Shown: positions 9,895 through 20,509, counted from the first letter of the stretch. The stretch: DNA of 64,000 nt from Candidatus Anderseniibacteriota bacterium (GCA_040900375.1 JBBDZC010000021.1:5258-69257), one strand, 5' to 3'. Made by a program: numbers and translations. Notes: generated by a model not told the origin, from the sequence alone.

Positions 9895-10538
9895 GACAGT
9901 TATTTACTAAACGACAGGCCGACTTAACCAGCCAACGGGGCCTGACGGCTCTGGAAATTGTGATTACGGTCATGATTAGCTCTCTACTGATTGCGGCTCT
10001 TTTGCGGTTTATGTCATTCGGTCATCCGCTGGCAAAAACAGCCTATCTTCAAGCGCAATCTACTGACACTGCGCGACTCCAACTCAAACGTATCGCTAAA
10101 CTATTGCGGGAAGCACGCTATGCCGATACGGGTGCCTATCCCTTACTGGAAGTTAGTCCCCAGCGAATCATTTTCTTTGCTAATGCTGATACGGATGCAA
10201 CCACCGAACGTATTCGCTATGAACTCAATGGCACCAACCTGGAGCGAGGTATGGTTAAGCCGAGTGGAGATCCTTTAACCTACGACCTAGCCCAGGAGCA
10301 AGTGACGGTCGTTACCAGCGCCGTGCGTAATGGCAGCGACCCAATCTTTACCTACTATACTGGTGATTATCCGGCTGACCCTACACCGCTCACCCCCACC
10401 GACCTTACCGAGGTGAAGTATATTCAGTTCCGCTTGCTCATTGACGCTGACCCGGCGATTGATCCGCCGGCCATTGAAGTAGTTTCGCAGGTTCAACTAC
10501 GCAACCTTAAAACGAACCTAGGGGAGACAGTCGAGTAA
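9891..10538 (+). CDS. Minor pilin (PilW/GspJ-like)
   Basis: RG|LTALEI class III signal; ATGA coupling to the upstream gene. Confidence 0.8.
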   Translation: MRQLFTKRQADLTSQRGLTALEIVITVMISSLLIAALLRFMSFGHPLAKTAYLQAQSTDTARLQLKRIAKLLREARYADTGAYPLLEVSPQRIIFFANADTDATTERIRYELNGTNLERGMVKPSGDPLTYDLAQEQVTVVTSAVRNGSDPIFTYYTGDYPADPTPLTPTDLTEVKYIQFRLLIDADPAIDPPAIEVVSQVQLRNLKTNLGETVE

Positions 10539-10551
10539 ACGGCACCGGGAC

Positions 10552-11193
10552 TTAAAAGCGAATATTCGTTTGAGGCAGGCGCTGGCGGATTTGCTCTTTA
10601 GCTTGATCGGGGAAAAGATTTTTCGTGAGAGAGAGTTCGCGGAGATTAGTCAAGTTGGCGATCTCTGGCGGCAGATTCTGGAGCTGGTTAGCATCAAGCG
10701 TAAGCCGTTCGAGGTTTGTCAATTGACCAATTTCCGGCGGTAGAATTATTAGTTTGTTGCCGCTCAAAAGCAGTGATCTAAGCTCTGGTAAGTCGCCGAT
10801 CTCGGGGGGGAGCTGGGTGAGGCCTTTAGAGTTTAAATTGAGTGTGACGAGACTGGTAAAACGGTTGATAGTGGGAGGCACGGCTTTGATCGGATCATTC
10901 TCGACGATGTGGCAGACTTTTTCTGGCTCGCGGAGGGCTTGAGCGATGCTCGTGTAAACCTTTTGCGGATCTTCCGTGCAGAACGCTTTAAAAGTTCGCC
11001 CGGTATTGGCCAGCGGCAGGGAGAGGGGTGAGGTCAGCGGTGAGGCAAGAGGAGTATTTAAGGGCCGCTTAAGAGCAAAAGTTATCAAGAAAGAAGCACC
11101 GAGCACAGTCGCTATCACCACGAGGAGAACAACAATGAGCACAGTCGTGTTCACTTTTTTTACGGGAAGCTGGGGGTTGACAGAGAGAGGCAT
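10552..11193 (-). CDS. Membrane-anchored leucine-rich repeat protein
   Basis: N-terminal TM helix; about 4-5 LxxLxLxxNxLxxLPPEIG repeats. Confidence 0.9.
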   Translation of the reverse strand: MPLSVNPQLPVKKVNTTVLIVVLLVVIATVLGASFLITFALKRPLNTPLASPLTSPLSLPLANTGRTFKAFCTEDPQKVYTSIAQALREPEKVCHIVENDPIKAVPPTINRFTSLVTLNLNSKGLTQLPPEIGDLPELRSLLLSGNKLIILPPEIGQLTNLERLTLDANQLQNLPPEIANLTNLRELSLTKNLFPDQAKEQIRQRLPQTNIRF

Positions 11194-11330
11194 AGACAGA
11201 AGGAATAACGCTTGTATTGTACGACTAAATTAGAAAGAGTACCAGCGTTCACGAGAGAGAATACTTTTTGGCCGTCACTTGTATACCTGGTCTTAAGTGG
11301 CCAAACGCCTTACAATTATTTCTATCACCT

Positions 11331-11834
11331 ATGTTTCCTTCTCTAGGCCGCTTAGGCAACCGCGGCAGCATTATGCTGTTAGTATTAATTCTCCTTGTCG
11401 TGTTTGTGATCATCATGACCGCTTCCGTCCGTTTCATTGCGCGCCAGTCGACCCAGACTGCCAATCAAGAGCAAGAGGAGCAGGCGTTTGAGATCGCCGA
11501 TGCTGGTATTAACTACACCCTGTGGTTGCTCGATTCCGAGGGCGGCAACTTTACGCCAGAACAGCTTGAGGCAGGACCGGATGGCGGCGGTCCGCCAACG
11601 GCGGATACTGAAAATCACCTCATCCACAATGATCAGAGTGAGCTTATCGGTAGGTTTTCGCTGGATTTTTCCGATGCTGATAACGTGGCGGGAGTTTTAA
11701 CTGTCCGCGCCACGGGCAAAGACGAGATTAAACCCGATCTTTGTCAGGTGATCGAGGCGAAAGTCCAGAAAGATGCTAACGGTGAGTACCGCCTCTATCG
11801 GTGGGACCACTTGGTAGGGTATCCTTGTTCTTAA
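11331..11834 (+). CDS. PilX-like minor pilin (short)
   Basis: RG|SIMLL without Glu5, AFEIADAGINY motif; start uncertain. Confidence 0.75.
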   Translation: MFPSLGRLGNRGSIMLLVLILLVVFVIIMTASVRFIARQSTQTANQEQEEQAFEIADAGINYTLWLLDSEGGNFTPEQLEAGPDGGGPPTADTENHLIHNDQSELIGRFSLDFSDADNVAGVLTVRATGKDEIKPDLCQVIEAKVQKDANGEYRLYRWDHLVGYPCS

Positions 11835-11853
11835 AGAGACATTAAGGATTATT

Positions 11854-13209
11854 ATGACCCCTTCTCGTTTACGGCACCAACGCGGCTTTTCGCTGGCGGA
11901 GGTAATTATTATGGTCGCCATTGGCACGGTGGTGATCATCGCCCTGGCTATTTTTGTCGGGCGATCATTTACGGTATCACGGGAACAGTTTGAACAGGTA
12001 CGCATCACCGAAGACGGCCGGAAAGAAATGGAGCGCATGAGTGATACTCTGCGTAACGCTAGCTACGTGGACTTAGACGGTAATGGCTACACCATGGATG
12101 TGGGTGAGCAGTGGCTGCAAGTTGGTAAAGAATACGAGATTAGGGTTTTTAGTAATGTTGACATCGATCCGGAAATGGAACTCGTGCGCTATTTTGTTGA
12201 TAGTGCCGAGCCAACCGAGCTTAAGCGAGGAGTGATTGAACCTGATGGTACAGCATATAACTCGCCCGAGAGCATCCAGATACTTTCGCGCAGCGTGCGC
12301 AACTTGCAGCAGGAGACGCCCATTTTTTCTTACTATGATGTCAATGGTGCGGCCCTTGCGCCGCCGGTGAGTGGGGACACACTCAAAGCAGTCGCGCGCG
12401 TTGGCATTGACCTGAAAATAGATATTACGGCGCAGATCCGTCCGGATTCAGCCTTGCTTTACACTGAAGTGTCACCGCGTACTAATCGGTGTTCCGCGTA
12501 TGAGGGATGCACCAGTGGTGCTGGAGATGATAGTGGCGGTACTGGCGGTACGGGTTGTGTTGATCCCGGGGGAGCACAGTTGCCTACCTGGTCGTATAAG
12601 TCGCCATCTTTTGTGGAAGACGCGGGGCAAACCTGTAAGGCGCGGTGCGAGACGGAGGGAAGTACCACCACGTGTCCCTGGTTTGTAACCTTTTCTTGGA
12701 ATGGTGACCCCGAGGGCTATGTGGCCGCCTACTGCTCATGTCAAGAAGCAGTCTACCCAATACCGTTGCCCGACAACCGACAGTACGGTCAGTACACCCA
12801 GTACTACAAAGATCGGTGGAATGGGTGTGTGGCTCAAGGCCAATCGGGTGAAGTATACTGTGATCCAGGGTATGACTTACCCCAAGACGAGCTACGCCCC
12901 TGCGGGTACCAATGTAGTGCTGCTTCCCCTGCACCGAGCCCGAGTGACGTAGCGGTTGATCTTAAAGTCAACAACAGCGATGGGCCAGTTGGTGTAAGTT
13001 ATAACGATTTTGTGACGCTTAGTTGGACTTCAGCAAACGCTACTAGTTGCACGGCGTCTGATGCCTGGTCAGGAACCAAGAGCCCCGAGGGATCAGAGGT
13101 TAACGGGCCATTAACTGATGTCACAACGCCCTATATTTTTACACTTACCTGCACGGGGCCGAGCGGGGAGGCACAAGACAGCGTGACGGTTAATGTTTCT
13201 ATTGTCTAA
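11854..13209 (+). CDS. Minor pilin with Cys-rich region and C-terminal Ig-like domain
   Basis: RG|FSLAEV; N-half resembles 9891-10538; 14 Cys in C-half; VTLSWTS...SC...FTLTCTG. Confidence 0.8.
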   Translation: MTPSRLRHQRGFSLAEVIIMVAIGTVVIIALAIFVGRSFTVSREQFEQVRITEDGRKEMERMSDTLRNASYVDLDGNGYTMDVGEQWLQVGKEYEIRVFSNVDIDPEMELVRYFVDSAEPTELKRGVIEPDGTAYNSPESIQILSRSVRNLQQETPIFSYYDVNGAALAPPVSGDTLKAVARVGIDLKIDITAQIRPDSALLYTEVSPRTNRCSAYEGCTSGAGDDSGGTGGTGCVDPGGAQLPTWSYKSPSFVEDAGQTCKARCETEGSTTTCPWFVTFSWNGDPEGYVAAYCSCQEAVYPIPLPDNRQYGQYTQYYKDRWNGCVAQGQSGEVYCDPGYDLPQDELRPCGYQCSAASPAPSPSDVAVDLKVNNSDGPVGVSYNDFVTLSWTSANATSCTASDAWSGTKSPEGSEVNGPLTDVTTPYIFTLTCTGPSGEAQDSVTVNVSIV

Positions 13210-13237
13210 GACCGAGCGGGTGGGGTATAACCTGAAT

Positions 13238-14632
13238 ATGCTGCTGACACAACGAGATTTTTTAGTGCTGGCCGTTTTCATAGGGATTGGCTTGGTGACG
13301 CATTTTTCTGTTCTCGGCTGGCCCGACCAGGTGATCTTTGATGAAGTTCATTTCGGCAAGTTTATTACCGCCTATTGCTGCACGGGCGAGCGCTTTTTCG
13401 ATATTCATCCGCCGCACGCTAAATTACTGATCGCCGGTACAAGCTGGCTGGGCGGTTACCGAGGCGGCTTTGCCTTTGACCATATTGGGCAAGTCTACGA
13501 GGGAGTCCCTATAGCTGCGATGCGCTTTGTGCCAGCGGCGGCGGGGATGATATTGCCGCTGGTGATCTTTGTGGTGATCCGCCAATTAGGCGCATCATTT
13601 GGGGTTGCGTTGGTAGGAGCTGCCGCAGTGCTGCTGGACAACGCGCTGACTATTCAAACTCGGGTGATTGCTTTGGATGGTGTGTTGCTTGTGGCTACGT
13701 TTGGTAGTTTAAGTGCGTACCTAGCGGGTGAGCGAGCTCACGGCTGGCACCAGGCCGGTTATTTCCTGTTGGCGGGGGCTTTAGCGGGGTTGGCAGCCGG
13801 GACAAAGTTTACCGGTTTAGCCGCATTGGGATTACTCGGAGCAATTGTGGTGGTACGTATGTTGCAGCGTATAGACAAACAGACCGTGATGGCTGGCATT
13901 ACTAATGGCTTACTTATTGTGGCCAGCGCGCTGATTGTGTACCTGGCGGGTTGGGTGCTGCATTTTGCACTTTTACCTCTCCCGGGGAGCGGGGATGCTT
14001 TTCATGTGCCTCATAGTTTATTGCCGCCGCAAAGGCCCAATCCCAGTAGTTTCTTGCGAGAAACAGTGGCTCTCCATAAGGTGATGTTTACCGCTAACTA
14101 TAATCTTACCGCGACTCACCCCAATGCGAGTTCATGGTGGAGTTGGCCGCTAATGCAGATGCCCGTATTCTATTGGACGGACACGGCGGGGTTGCGCCAT
14201 ATATATTTTGTCGGTAATCCGGTAGTCTGGTGGGGAGTAACGCTATTATTTGTCGTTGCCGTCTTGGTTTGGATTATTCAGCTCGGCCAGCGCCGGCGCG
14301 AAGCCGCCTCCGGCATTATATGGATTAGTGTCGTTGGCTTTTGCATTGCGATGCTGCCTCTTGTTCGTGTGCCCCGCGCTCTCTTTCTCTATCATTATTT
14401 GACACCGCTTCTCTTTTCGCTGCTAGCGGGACTTGTCTGGCTGGATCGAGAGCTAGCTCGGGTGCGCCTTACGCTAGCGGGGCAGCGGAGACTTATAGTG
14501 GGAGTCTTAGCGGTTCTCCTGGCAGGGTTTTTGTTCATGAGCCCACTGACGTATGGTTTGAAGCTGGGTGAGACCACGCTCGAGAAAGACGCTCGTTTGC
14601 AGACAATACTCTTTTGGTTGCCGGGACCATAA
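13238..14632 (+). CDS. Protein O-mannosyltransferase-like GT-C enzyme (GT39/PMT)
   Basis: IFDEVHF, FFDIHPP, HPNASSWWSWP, GNPVVWW, LFLYHY; polytopic. Confidence 0.9.
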   Translation: MLLTQRDFLVLAVFIGIGLVTHFSVLGWPDQVIFDEVHFGKFITAYCCTGERFFDIHPPHAKLLIAGTSWLGGYRGGFAFDHIGQVYEGVPIAAMRFVPAAAGMILPLVIFVVIRQLGASFGVALVGAAAVLLDNALTIQTRVIALDGVLLVATFGSLSAYLAGERAHGWHQAGYFLLAGALAGLAAGTKFTGLAALGLLGAIVVVRMLQRIDKQTVMAGITNGLLIVASALIVYLAGWVLHFALLPLPGSGDAFHVPHSLLPPQRPNPSSFLRETVALHKVMFTANYNLTATHPNASSWWSWPLMQMPVFYWTDTAGLRHIYFVGNPVVWWGVTLLFVVAVLVWIIQLGQRRREAASGIIWISVVGFCIAMLPLVRVPRALFLYHYLTPLLFSLLAGLVWLDRELARVRLTLAGQRRLIVGVLAVLLAGFLFMSPLTYGLKLGETTLEKDARLQTILFWLPGP

Positions 14633-14742
14633 ATTATAGCAGCTAAGGCACAGGCTCACTCTTAGATTCTTGATCTTACCCAAGGAGAGTGGCGAGTGAT
14701 CAGGTATCCCAAGTCTCGTCAGTAGTGTGCTAGGATATACGC

Positions 14743-16128
14743 ATGAGGTCCTTCTTGGCGAGGGGAAGAAGTGCGCGCCGGGGCAGTATTTTGATCATGA
14801 CATTGGTTTTTATGTCAATGTTTGCCGTCATTTTTATTGCCTTATCCGGCTTAGTCAATCGTTCGTACCGGGAGACCGTCTTGCAAGCGCACGACGAGTT
14901 GGCTTTTCAGATCGCGGAGGCAGGACTTAACTATGCCCGGTGGCGCTTGGCACATGAACCCGAAAATTTTTCGGCGGAAAGCAAGACCGTCACTGATCAG
15001 TTTGCTGGTGACTTGGGAACTTATGATCTTACTTTTGATTCACCTATTGAGGGGGGGACCATCACGGTCATTACCGCAGTGGGAAAAACTGCCTCGCAAC
15101 CACTGCGGGAGGTAACGCTGCGCGCGCGGTACGGCATACCTTCGCTGGCCCGGTACGCCTATATTACCAACAGTGATGTTCGCTATGCCGCCGTCATGAG
15201 AGGACCCTTTCACGCCAATGGCGGCATCCGCATGGACGGTACGTCGGATAGTATTGTCCAGAGCGCTAAGACCACTTATACGTGTCGGCCGATCCATGGG
15301 TGTGACAACGAGACAAAGCCGGGCGTCTGGGGTACCGGCGAGATTCAAGAACTCTGGGAATTTCCGGTCACGGCGATTGATTACAATGCCTTAACCAATG
15401 ATTTAGCAACTATGAAAACCATTGCTCAAGAGGCTACTACCTACTACGGCGCCTCGGGAGCGTTTGGCTACCAAATAGTTTTTAATGCTGATAATACGTA
15501 TGCTCTTTACCGGGTGACTCAAAAGACGAGCCCGGTAGATTCGTGTGATTATAACGCCAGTGGGGAGTTTAGCTGCACGAGTCTTTCTCATGATGTGCAA
15601 ACGATGGCGTTGCTCGAGACGAAACCAGTGCCGTCCGGCGGGGTACTTTTTATTGAAGACAACTTGTGGGTGCGGGGAGAAATTAGAGACCGGATTACCG
15701 TCGCGGCGGGGCGGTTTCCGGATTCACCGGCCACGCATGCTGATATTATTACTAACGGTAATATCACGTACGGAGGGGTTAAAGATGGCACACGGGTCTT
15801 TGGCGCCATTGCCCAGCGCAATCTGCTCATTCCTTATTCTGGTGCGCCTGATGTCTTTACCCTTGACGGGGCGTTTATTGCCCAAAAGGGAAAATTTGGA
15901 CGACGTCATTATCCTTCTGGTAGCCATCGCCTGAAAACAAGTATTGATATTTATGGCATGGTGGCCAGCAACTTAGTACCAGGGACCACGTGGACGAGTG
16001 GAGGAACAGTGGTCAGCGGCTACCAGGAGAAAGTACAATCCTATGATCCTAATCTACTTTATAATCCACCCCCTTATTTTCCAACTACGGGTCAGTACGA
16101 ATTTATTTCATGGGAAGAGGAGCAGTAA
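14743..16128 (+). CDS. PilX-like minor pilin (long)
   Basis: RG|SILIM, AFQIAEAGLNY, C-terminal YDPNL...PPPYFP...SWEE. Confidence 0.8.
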   Translation: MRSFLARGRSARRGSILIMTLVFMSMFAVIFIALSGLVNRSYRETVLQAHDELAFQIAEAGLNYARWRLAHEPENFSAESKTVTDQFAGDLGTYDLTFDSPIEGGTITVITAVGKTASQPLREVTLRARYGIPSLARYAYITNSDVRYAAVMRGPFHANGGIRMDGTSDSIVQSAKTTYTCRPIHGCDNETKPGVWGTGEIQELWEFPVTAIDYNALTNDLATMKTIAQEATTYYGASGAFGYQIVFNADNTYALYRVTQKTSPVDSCDYNASGEFSCTSLSHDVQTMALLETKPVPSGGVLFIEDNLWVRGEIRDRITVAAGRFPDSPATHADIITNGNITYGGVKDGTRVFGAIAQRNLLIPYSGAPDVFTLDGAFIAQKGKFGRRHYPSGSHRLKTSIDIYGMVASNLVPGTTWTSGGTVVSGYQEKVQSYDPNLLYNPPPYFPTTGQYEFISWEEEQ

Positions 16129-16229
16129 GAGATCGATTAGGTCTTGGCCTATGTTACCACCACCAGCAAATGTTATACTAAATGTACACCACTACTTTGG
16201 TGGCCGTCCTACATTGGCATATACTCTAT

Positions 16230-17255
16230 ATGATCGGTATTGATATTTCTGATCGCTCTGTGAAAGTGGTGCGGCTGTCAAATCGGGCTGATCACAAGCT
16301 GCTGACGCACTGTTGGCAGGAAGTCCCTCTCAATGTCATTGAGAAAGGGGTCATTAAAGACACTAAAGTGATGCAAGAAGTGTTGCGTCATGCTCTGCAG
16401 CGGTGCAATTTGAGTTGGGATAGCAAGGATGCCGTGGTGGCTTCAATTCCAGAGACACAATCATTCTTACGGGTGATTGAAATTCCGCTCATGGACGAAA
16501 GCGAGATTGGTGAGGCAATTCAATGGGAAGTGGCTCAGCATATTCCCTTTGGTTTAGAGAATGTCTACATTGATTGGCAACCAATCCATAGCGGTAAACC
16601 GCCGACGCCGGGCCGCCACGAAGTGCTTGTCGGGGCGGCGGAAAAGAGTGTGGTTGATCCTCTCTTGCACGTGCTCGCGACGATTGGTTTAGACATTGCG
16701 GCCTTTGAATTAGAGAGCCAGGCCATTGTCCGGTCGCTGGTTTCGCGTGAACTTGAACAACATCGCGGTCTCCTGATTGTCGATTTGGGTGGCTCGGCAA
16801 CTAATGTGGTTATTTACGACCGGGGAACGATTCGCTTCACCGCCAGTTTACAGAAAGGGTCCTACAGCCTTCTCCACCCGCTCACGCCCACCGAGGCGCA
16901 AGCGGTCACTGGTCCGCCGAAAGAAATTGTGGAAGCGGACCGAGCCATGCTCGCCTCCAAGTTACAAGCTGTGCATGAAGAGTTGGTAATTGAAATTCAG
17001 GGCATTGTAGAGTTTTACAATGGCATTGACACAAACCACCAGGTTAAGGAAATTATCCTCACCGGCGGGGGCGCCAATTTACCCGGTTTCGATCAGGCAG
17101 TACTCAAGTATTTTGATAATGTGCTGGTCCATCGCGGTAATCCATGGGTTAATATCTTGCCTCCCGGGAAGGACGCTCATCCGCCTTTTGGCTTATTAGA
17201 AGCGGTTCATTTCTCCACAGCGCTGGGGTTAGCACTGCGGGCAGCGGTTAAGTAA
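16230..17255 (+). CDS. pilM: Type IV pilus protein PilM, copy 1
   Basis: IGIDISD, IPF...VYIDWQ, VDLGG, ILTGGGANLPG, TALGLALR. Confidence 0.9.
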   Translation: MIGIDISDRSVKVVRLSNRADHKLLTHCWQEVPLNVIEKGVIKDTKVMQEVLRHALQRCNLSWDSKDAVVASIPETQSFLRVIEIPLMDESEIGEAIQWEVAQHIPFGLENVYIDWQPIHSGKPPTPGRHEVLVGAAEKSVVDPLLHVLATIGLDIAAFELESQAIVRSLVSRELEQHRGLLIVDLGGSATNVVIYDRGTIRFTASLQKGSYSLLHPLTPTEAQAVTGPPKEIVEADRAMLASKLQAVHEELVIEIQGIVEFYNGIDTNHQVKEIILTGGGANLPGFDQAVLKYFDNVLVHRGNPWVNILPPGKDAHPPFGLLEAVHFSTALGLALRAAVK

Positions 17256-17263
17256 ATCTGGCT

Positions 17264-17800
17264 ATGAAAGAAGAAATAAATTTACTCCCACCAGCTTTTC
17301 AAAAGTTACGACGCCGGCGGATCTACCTGGTGCGTATCGGTGAGCTTATGCGCCGCATTGATTTCGTGATCATTCTCATTGGGATTGTGTTTGTCGCACT
17401 CTACGGTGCTCTTTTTAGTTTGCAGGCTAATTTGGAGCGCAAGCTCGCGGCCGCGGGTACAACCGAGCAAAGCACAGAAGAAAGAGTTCGTTCAGTTAAT
17501 GAGTTGCTGACAGCAGTCCATAGCCGTACTGTGCCGGTGCTACCATGGATGCCGGGGGTAGGGCAAATCATTCAGTTGTTGCCGCCGAGTATTGTGCTGA
17601 CAGAATTAAGATTGGACGAAGTGAAAAATGTTCTCACGATCCAGGGAATATTCTCGGATCGCCAGGCGATTGTTAAGTTTGAGCAAGAGGTGGCAGCTCT
17701 CCCCTGGGTCGAAAAAGTGGAAGCGCCCCTGCGGAATTTTGCCACGGGTGAGAAAACGGAATTTACCTTTACGGTGACTCGTAAAATAAAAAAGCCATGA
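17264..17800 (+). CDS. pilN: PilN-like protein, copy 1
   Basis: INLLP motif, one TM helix, follows pilM. Confidence 0.8.
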   Translation: MKEEINLLPPAFQKLRRRRIYLVRIGELMRRIDFVIILIGIVFVALYGALFSLQANLERKLAAAGTTEQSTEERVRSVNELLTAVHSRTVPVLPWMPGVGQIIQLLPPSIVLTELRLDEVKNVLTIQGIFSDRQAIVKFEQEVAALPWVEKVEAPLRNFATGEKTEFTFTVTRKIKKP

Positions 17801-18438
17801 ACACTCTTCTCCAGGCCCGTGAGCGGCGGTTGTTGTTTAACCGGGGATTGGAACTACTGATTATCGTGGTCTTAATTATTGCTTTGTTTTACTTTCGGGA
17901 ACTCATCCATAGTAAGCGCGTCATGGTCTACCAATTGCAACGTCAGCTTGATGAGGCGCCACAATATGCCGCGCAGCAAGTTAGTTTGCGGACGGAGCTG
18001 GAGAAATCAGCCCATGATATTGTCCGGATTGAGTCCTTGCTCGTCCGACGCGAAGCGCTCGGCGATTTTGTTAGCTTATTAGAAAAGCAGGCACGGCAGA
18101 ACAGGGTGACGCTGCGGGTGCCTGACATTAAAGAAGAAATGGTCCTTAGTGCCGAAGGCAAGCCGGTGGCGGCGACCGGGCCGTATCGCGACATTCGTCT
18201 GCAAGTTACCGCGACCGGTGAGCCCAATGACTTACTCCAACTGCTCCATCAATTAGAACACCTGCCGCATGCTGTTCGTTTGCCGGCCTGGAGTATCACC
18301 ACCACTAACACAGCGGTGTTACTTGATCTTCGTCCCCAGGCACCAGTGATCGGACCTGATGGCAAAGAGGTACCAGTGGTGGCTCCTGGGGGATTACTCG
18401 AAGCCACGATGATCTTAACTATTCGCCAAGATTCATGA
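17797..18438 (+). CDS. pilO: PilO-like protein, copy 1
   Basis: TM helix plus coiled coil plus alpha/beta domain; ATGA overlap with pilN. Confidence 0.7.
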   Translation: MNTLLQARERRLLFNRGLELLIIVVLIIALFYFRELIHSKRVMVYQLQRQLDEAPQYAAQQVSLRTELEKSAHDIVRIESLLVRREALGDFVSLLEKQARQNRVTLRVPDIKEEMVLSAEGKPVAATGPYRDIRLQVTATGEPNDLLQLLHQLEHLPHAVRLPAWSITTTNTAVLLDLRPQAPVIGPDGKEVPVVAPGGLLEATMILTIRQDS

Positions 18439-18797
18439 AGAAAAAACTGCCGGCAATCCGTATCCGCATGGTGGGCGCGAGCCTGGGACGTGCAGCCCGC
18501 GCTGTACCCCAGTATCTGCTCTTTCAACATCCACTAGCAGTGCAGGTAGTGTTACTGCTCGTGGGTATGGGCTTGGGATTATATGTTGTCTTACGGGTAC
18601 TCTTTACTGATCCCACTGAACTCTCACTTGAGGTGTCGCAAAAGATACCGCAGCTTATGACTGAACAGTTAGATGAACTAGAGTTCTGGATCGAAGAACA
18701 GCACGCGGCATTTTCTACGCCCTTACCGCTGGGGACGCGACAATATTTTCAGGTGATTCGGGAGGGGCAAAGCCAGGTGATCCAGGAACCATTTTAG
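18435..18797 (+). CDS. Small bitopic protein in the PilP position, copy 1
   Basis: One TM helix; ATGA overlap with pilO. Confidence 0.6.
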   Translation: MKKKLPAIRIRMVGASLGRAARAVPQYLLFQHPLAVQVVLLLVGMGLGLYVVLRVLFTDPTELSLEVSQKIPQLMTEQLDELEFWIEEQHAAFSTPLPLGTRQYFQVIREGQSQVIQEPF

Positions 18798-18855
18798 GGG
18801 CTGGGCGTTGCGCCCGCGGATGTCGGTGGTCTAATCCCGTGGTAGTATAGTGAAT

Positions 18856-19911
18856 ATGATTGGCATTGACATTTCTGATCGGTCGATAAAGGTTGTCGAA
18901 ATTTCCGGAGGGGAAAACCCTAAACTTCGTACGGTCTGTTGGTCGGCACTTAACCCTAATCTTATTCGGCGCGGTATTGTGCAGGATGTGGCGGCTGTGA
19001 TGCAGGGCTTAGAACAGGCGCTCAACAAATGCTCGCCGGTGCCGGTAGAGGGAAAACGAGTGGTGTTATCTATTCCGGAAACACAATCATTTGTACGTGT
19101 CCTGGATTTACCCGCGATGAGTGAACGAGAAATGAATGAAGCAGTGCAGTGGGCGATTCGCCAGCACATCCCGTTTGACTTAGAGCGTGTCTATCTTGAT
19201 TGGCAACCGCTGGCGACATCACAAACTACCCCCACTCACCGCCAAGTGCTTGTGGGTGCGGCCCAGCGCGATGTCATTGATCCGCTGCTCCAAGTAGTGG
19301 ATGCTCTGGGTCTGGAAGTAGCGGCGCTCGAATTAGAAGCCCAGGCGATTGTCCGTTGCCTCTTGCCGCAAAATGCGGCCGATGTCATGGGGGTTTTGCT
19401 GGTTGATTTAGGGGCAACCTCTACGAATGTTATTTTTGTCGATGAAGGGGCAATGCGCTTTACGACAAGTATTCAGCAGGGCGGTGATGACTTAACGCAG
19501 CAGTTGGCGCAAGAGTTCAAACTGCAGCCCACGATTGCGGCGGAGAAAAAAGCTTTAATTGGAGTCCAAACTAATGGTAATGAGGCGCAGATTGCGGCGA
19601 CGCTACGCTCGGCCACGCTGCGTCTGGTCCAGCAAGTCAGTCAAGTGGTCACGGAATATACGTCCCAGTTACAATCATCACAGGGGCTTCGGGCAATTCT
19701 TTTGGCTGGAGGCGCGGCAAATTTACCAGGCTTGGTCAGTATTTTTGCAGAAGTCTTTCCTGGTATACCCGTCCAGCTTGGCAATCCATGGATTAATCTG
19801 ACGATGGGTAATGGCAAGGAGACAAGTCCGCCTCTCTCGAATGCGGATGCGGCGCACTTTACCACGGCGATTGGCCTCGCTCTCCGGTCGTTAGAGTACG
19901 CGCCGCGGTAG
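18856..19911 (+). CDS. pilM: Type IV pilus protein PilM, copy 2
   Basis: Same motifs as copy 1 (MIGIDISDRS, IPETQSF, GGAANLPG, GNPW). Confidence 0.9.
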   Translation: MIGIDISDRSIKVVEISGGENPKLRTVCWSALNPNLIRRGIVQDVAAVMQGLEQALNKCSPVPVEGKRVVLSIPETQSFVRVLDLPAMSEREMNEAVQWAIRQHIPFDLERVYLDWQPLATSQTTPTHRQVLVGAAQRDVIDPLLQVVDALGLEVAALELEAQAIVRCLLPQNAADVMGVLLVDLGATSTNVIFVDEGAMRFTTSIQQGGDDLTQQLAQEFKLQPTIAAEKKALIGVQTNGNEAQIAATLRSATLRLVQQVSQVVTEYTSQLQSSQGLRAILLAGGAANLPGLVSIFAEVFPGIPVQLGNPWINLTMGNGKETSPPLSNADAAHFTTAIGLALRSLEYAPR

Positions 19912-19927
19912 ATCTGGATTTTTTACT

Positions 19928-20509
19928 ATGCGTGAAATTAATCTTTTGCCTCCCTCGCGCCGTCAATCCCTGCGGCGGGAAGTGACGTTGGCTTCCATCG
20001 GACGTTTTTTGAGTAGCTTAATGGTCGGTTTAGGCATGCTGACTGTTGGGGCAGTGTTGGCGATGATCGGTTTGTGGATTTTCTTCTATACTGTGGCCGC
20101 GACCAATAATGTTGAGTTTGAGCGGACCATTGCTCAGTATCGTGAGCTGCGAGATGGAATTGCCGAGCAGAATATTTTTCTTAATTACATTTATGGCTTA
20201 GGCACCGGGCGGCAAGTATGGTCTGATTTTTTGCCAGGGTTGTTTACTAGTATTCCTCCCGGTGTGGAGATTGCCACGATGAGTGGGCGATCGGTTATAA
20301 ATGAGGAAGGGGTAGTGGAGAGTACTTTTACTGTTTCAGGGCGGGCCGCGGCGCGTAGTACACTCACCATTTTTGCTGATCGCCTGCGTCTGTTGCCCGA
20401 CGTGGCTCAGGTTGATGCACCCAGTTCTAATTTGATTCAGCGAGAGAACCCACTGTATCGCTTTACCCTGCAGTTAAAAGACAAGATAATTGAGGAGGAA
20501 GAGCTATGA
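19928..20509 (+). CDS. pilN: PilN-like protein, copy 2
   Basis: EINLLPP motif, one TM helix. Confidence 0.8.
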   Translation: MREINLLPPSRRQSLRREVTLASIGRFLSSLMVGLGMLTVGAVLAMIGLWIFFYTVAATNNVEFERTIAQYRELRDGIAEQNIFLNYIYGLGTGRQVWSDFLPGLFTSIPPGVEIATMSGRSVINEEGVVESTFTVSGRAAARSTLTIFADRLRLLPDVAQVDAPSSNLIQRENPLYRFTLQLKDKIIEEEEL

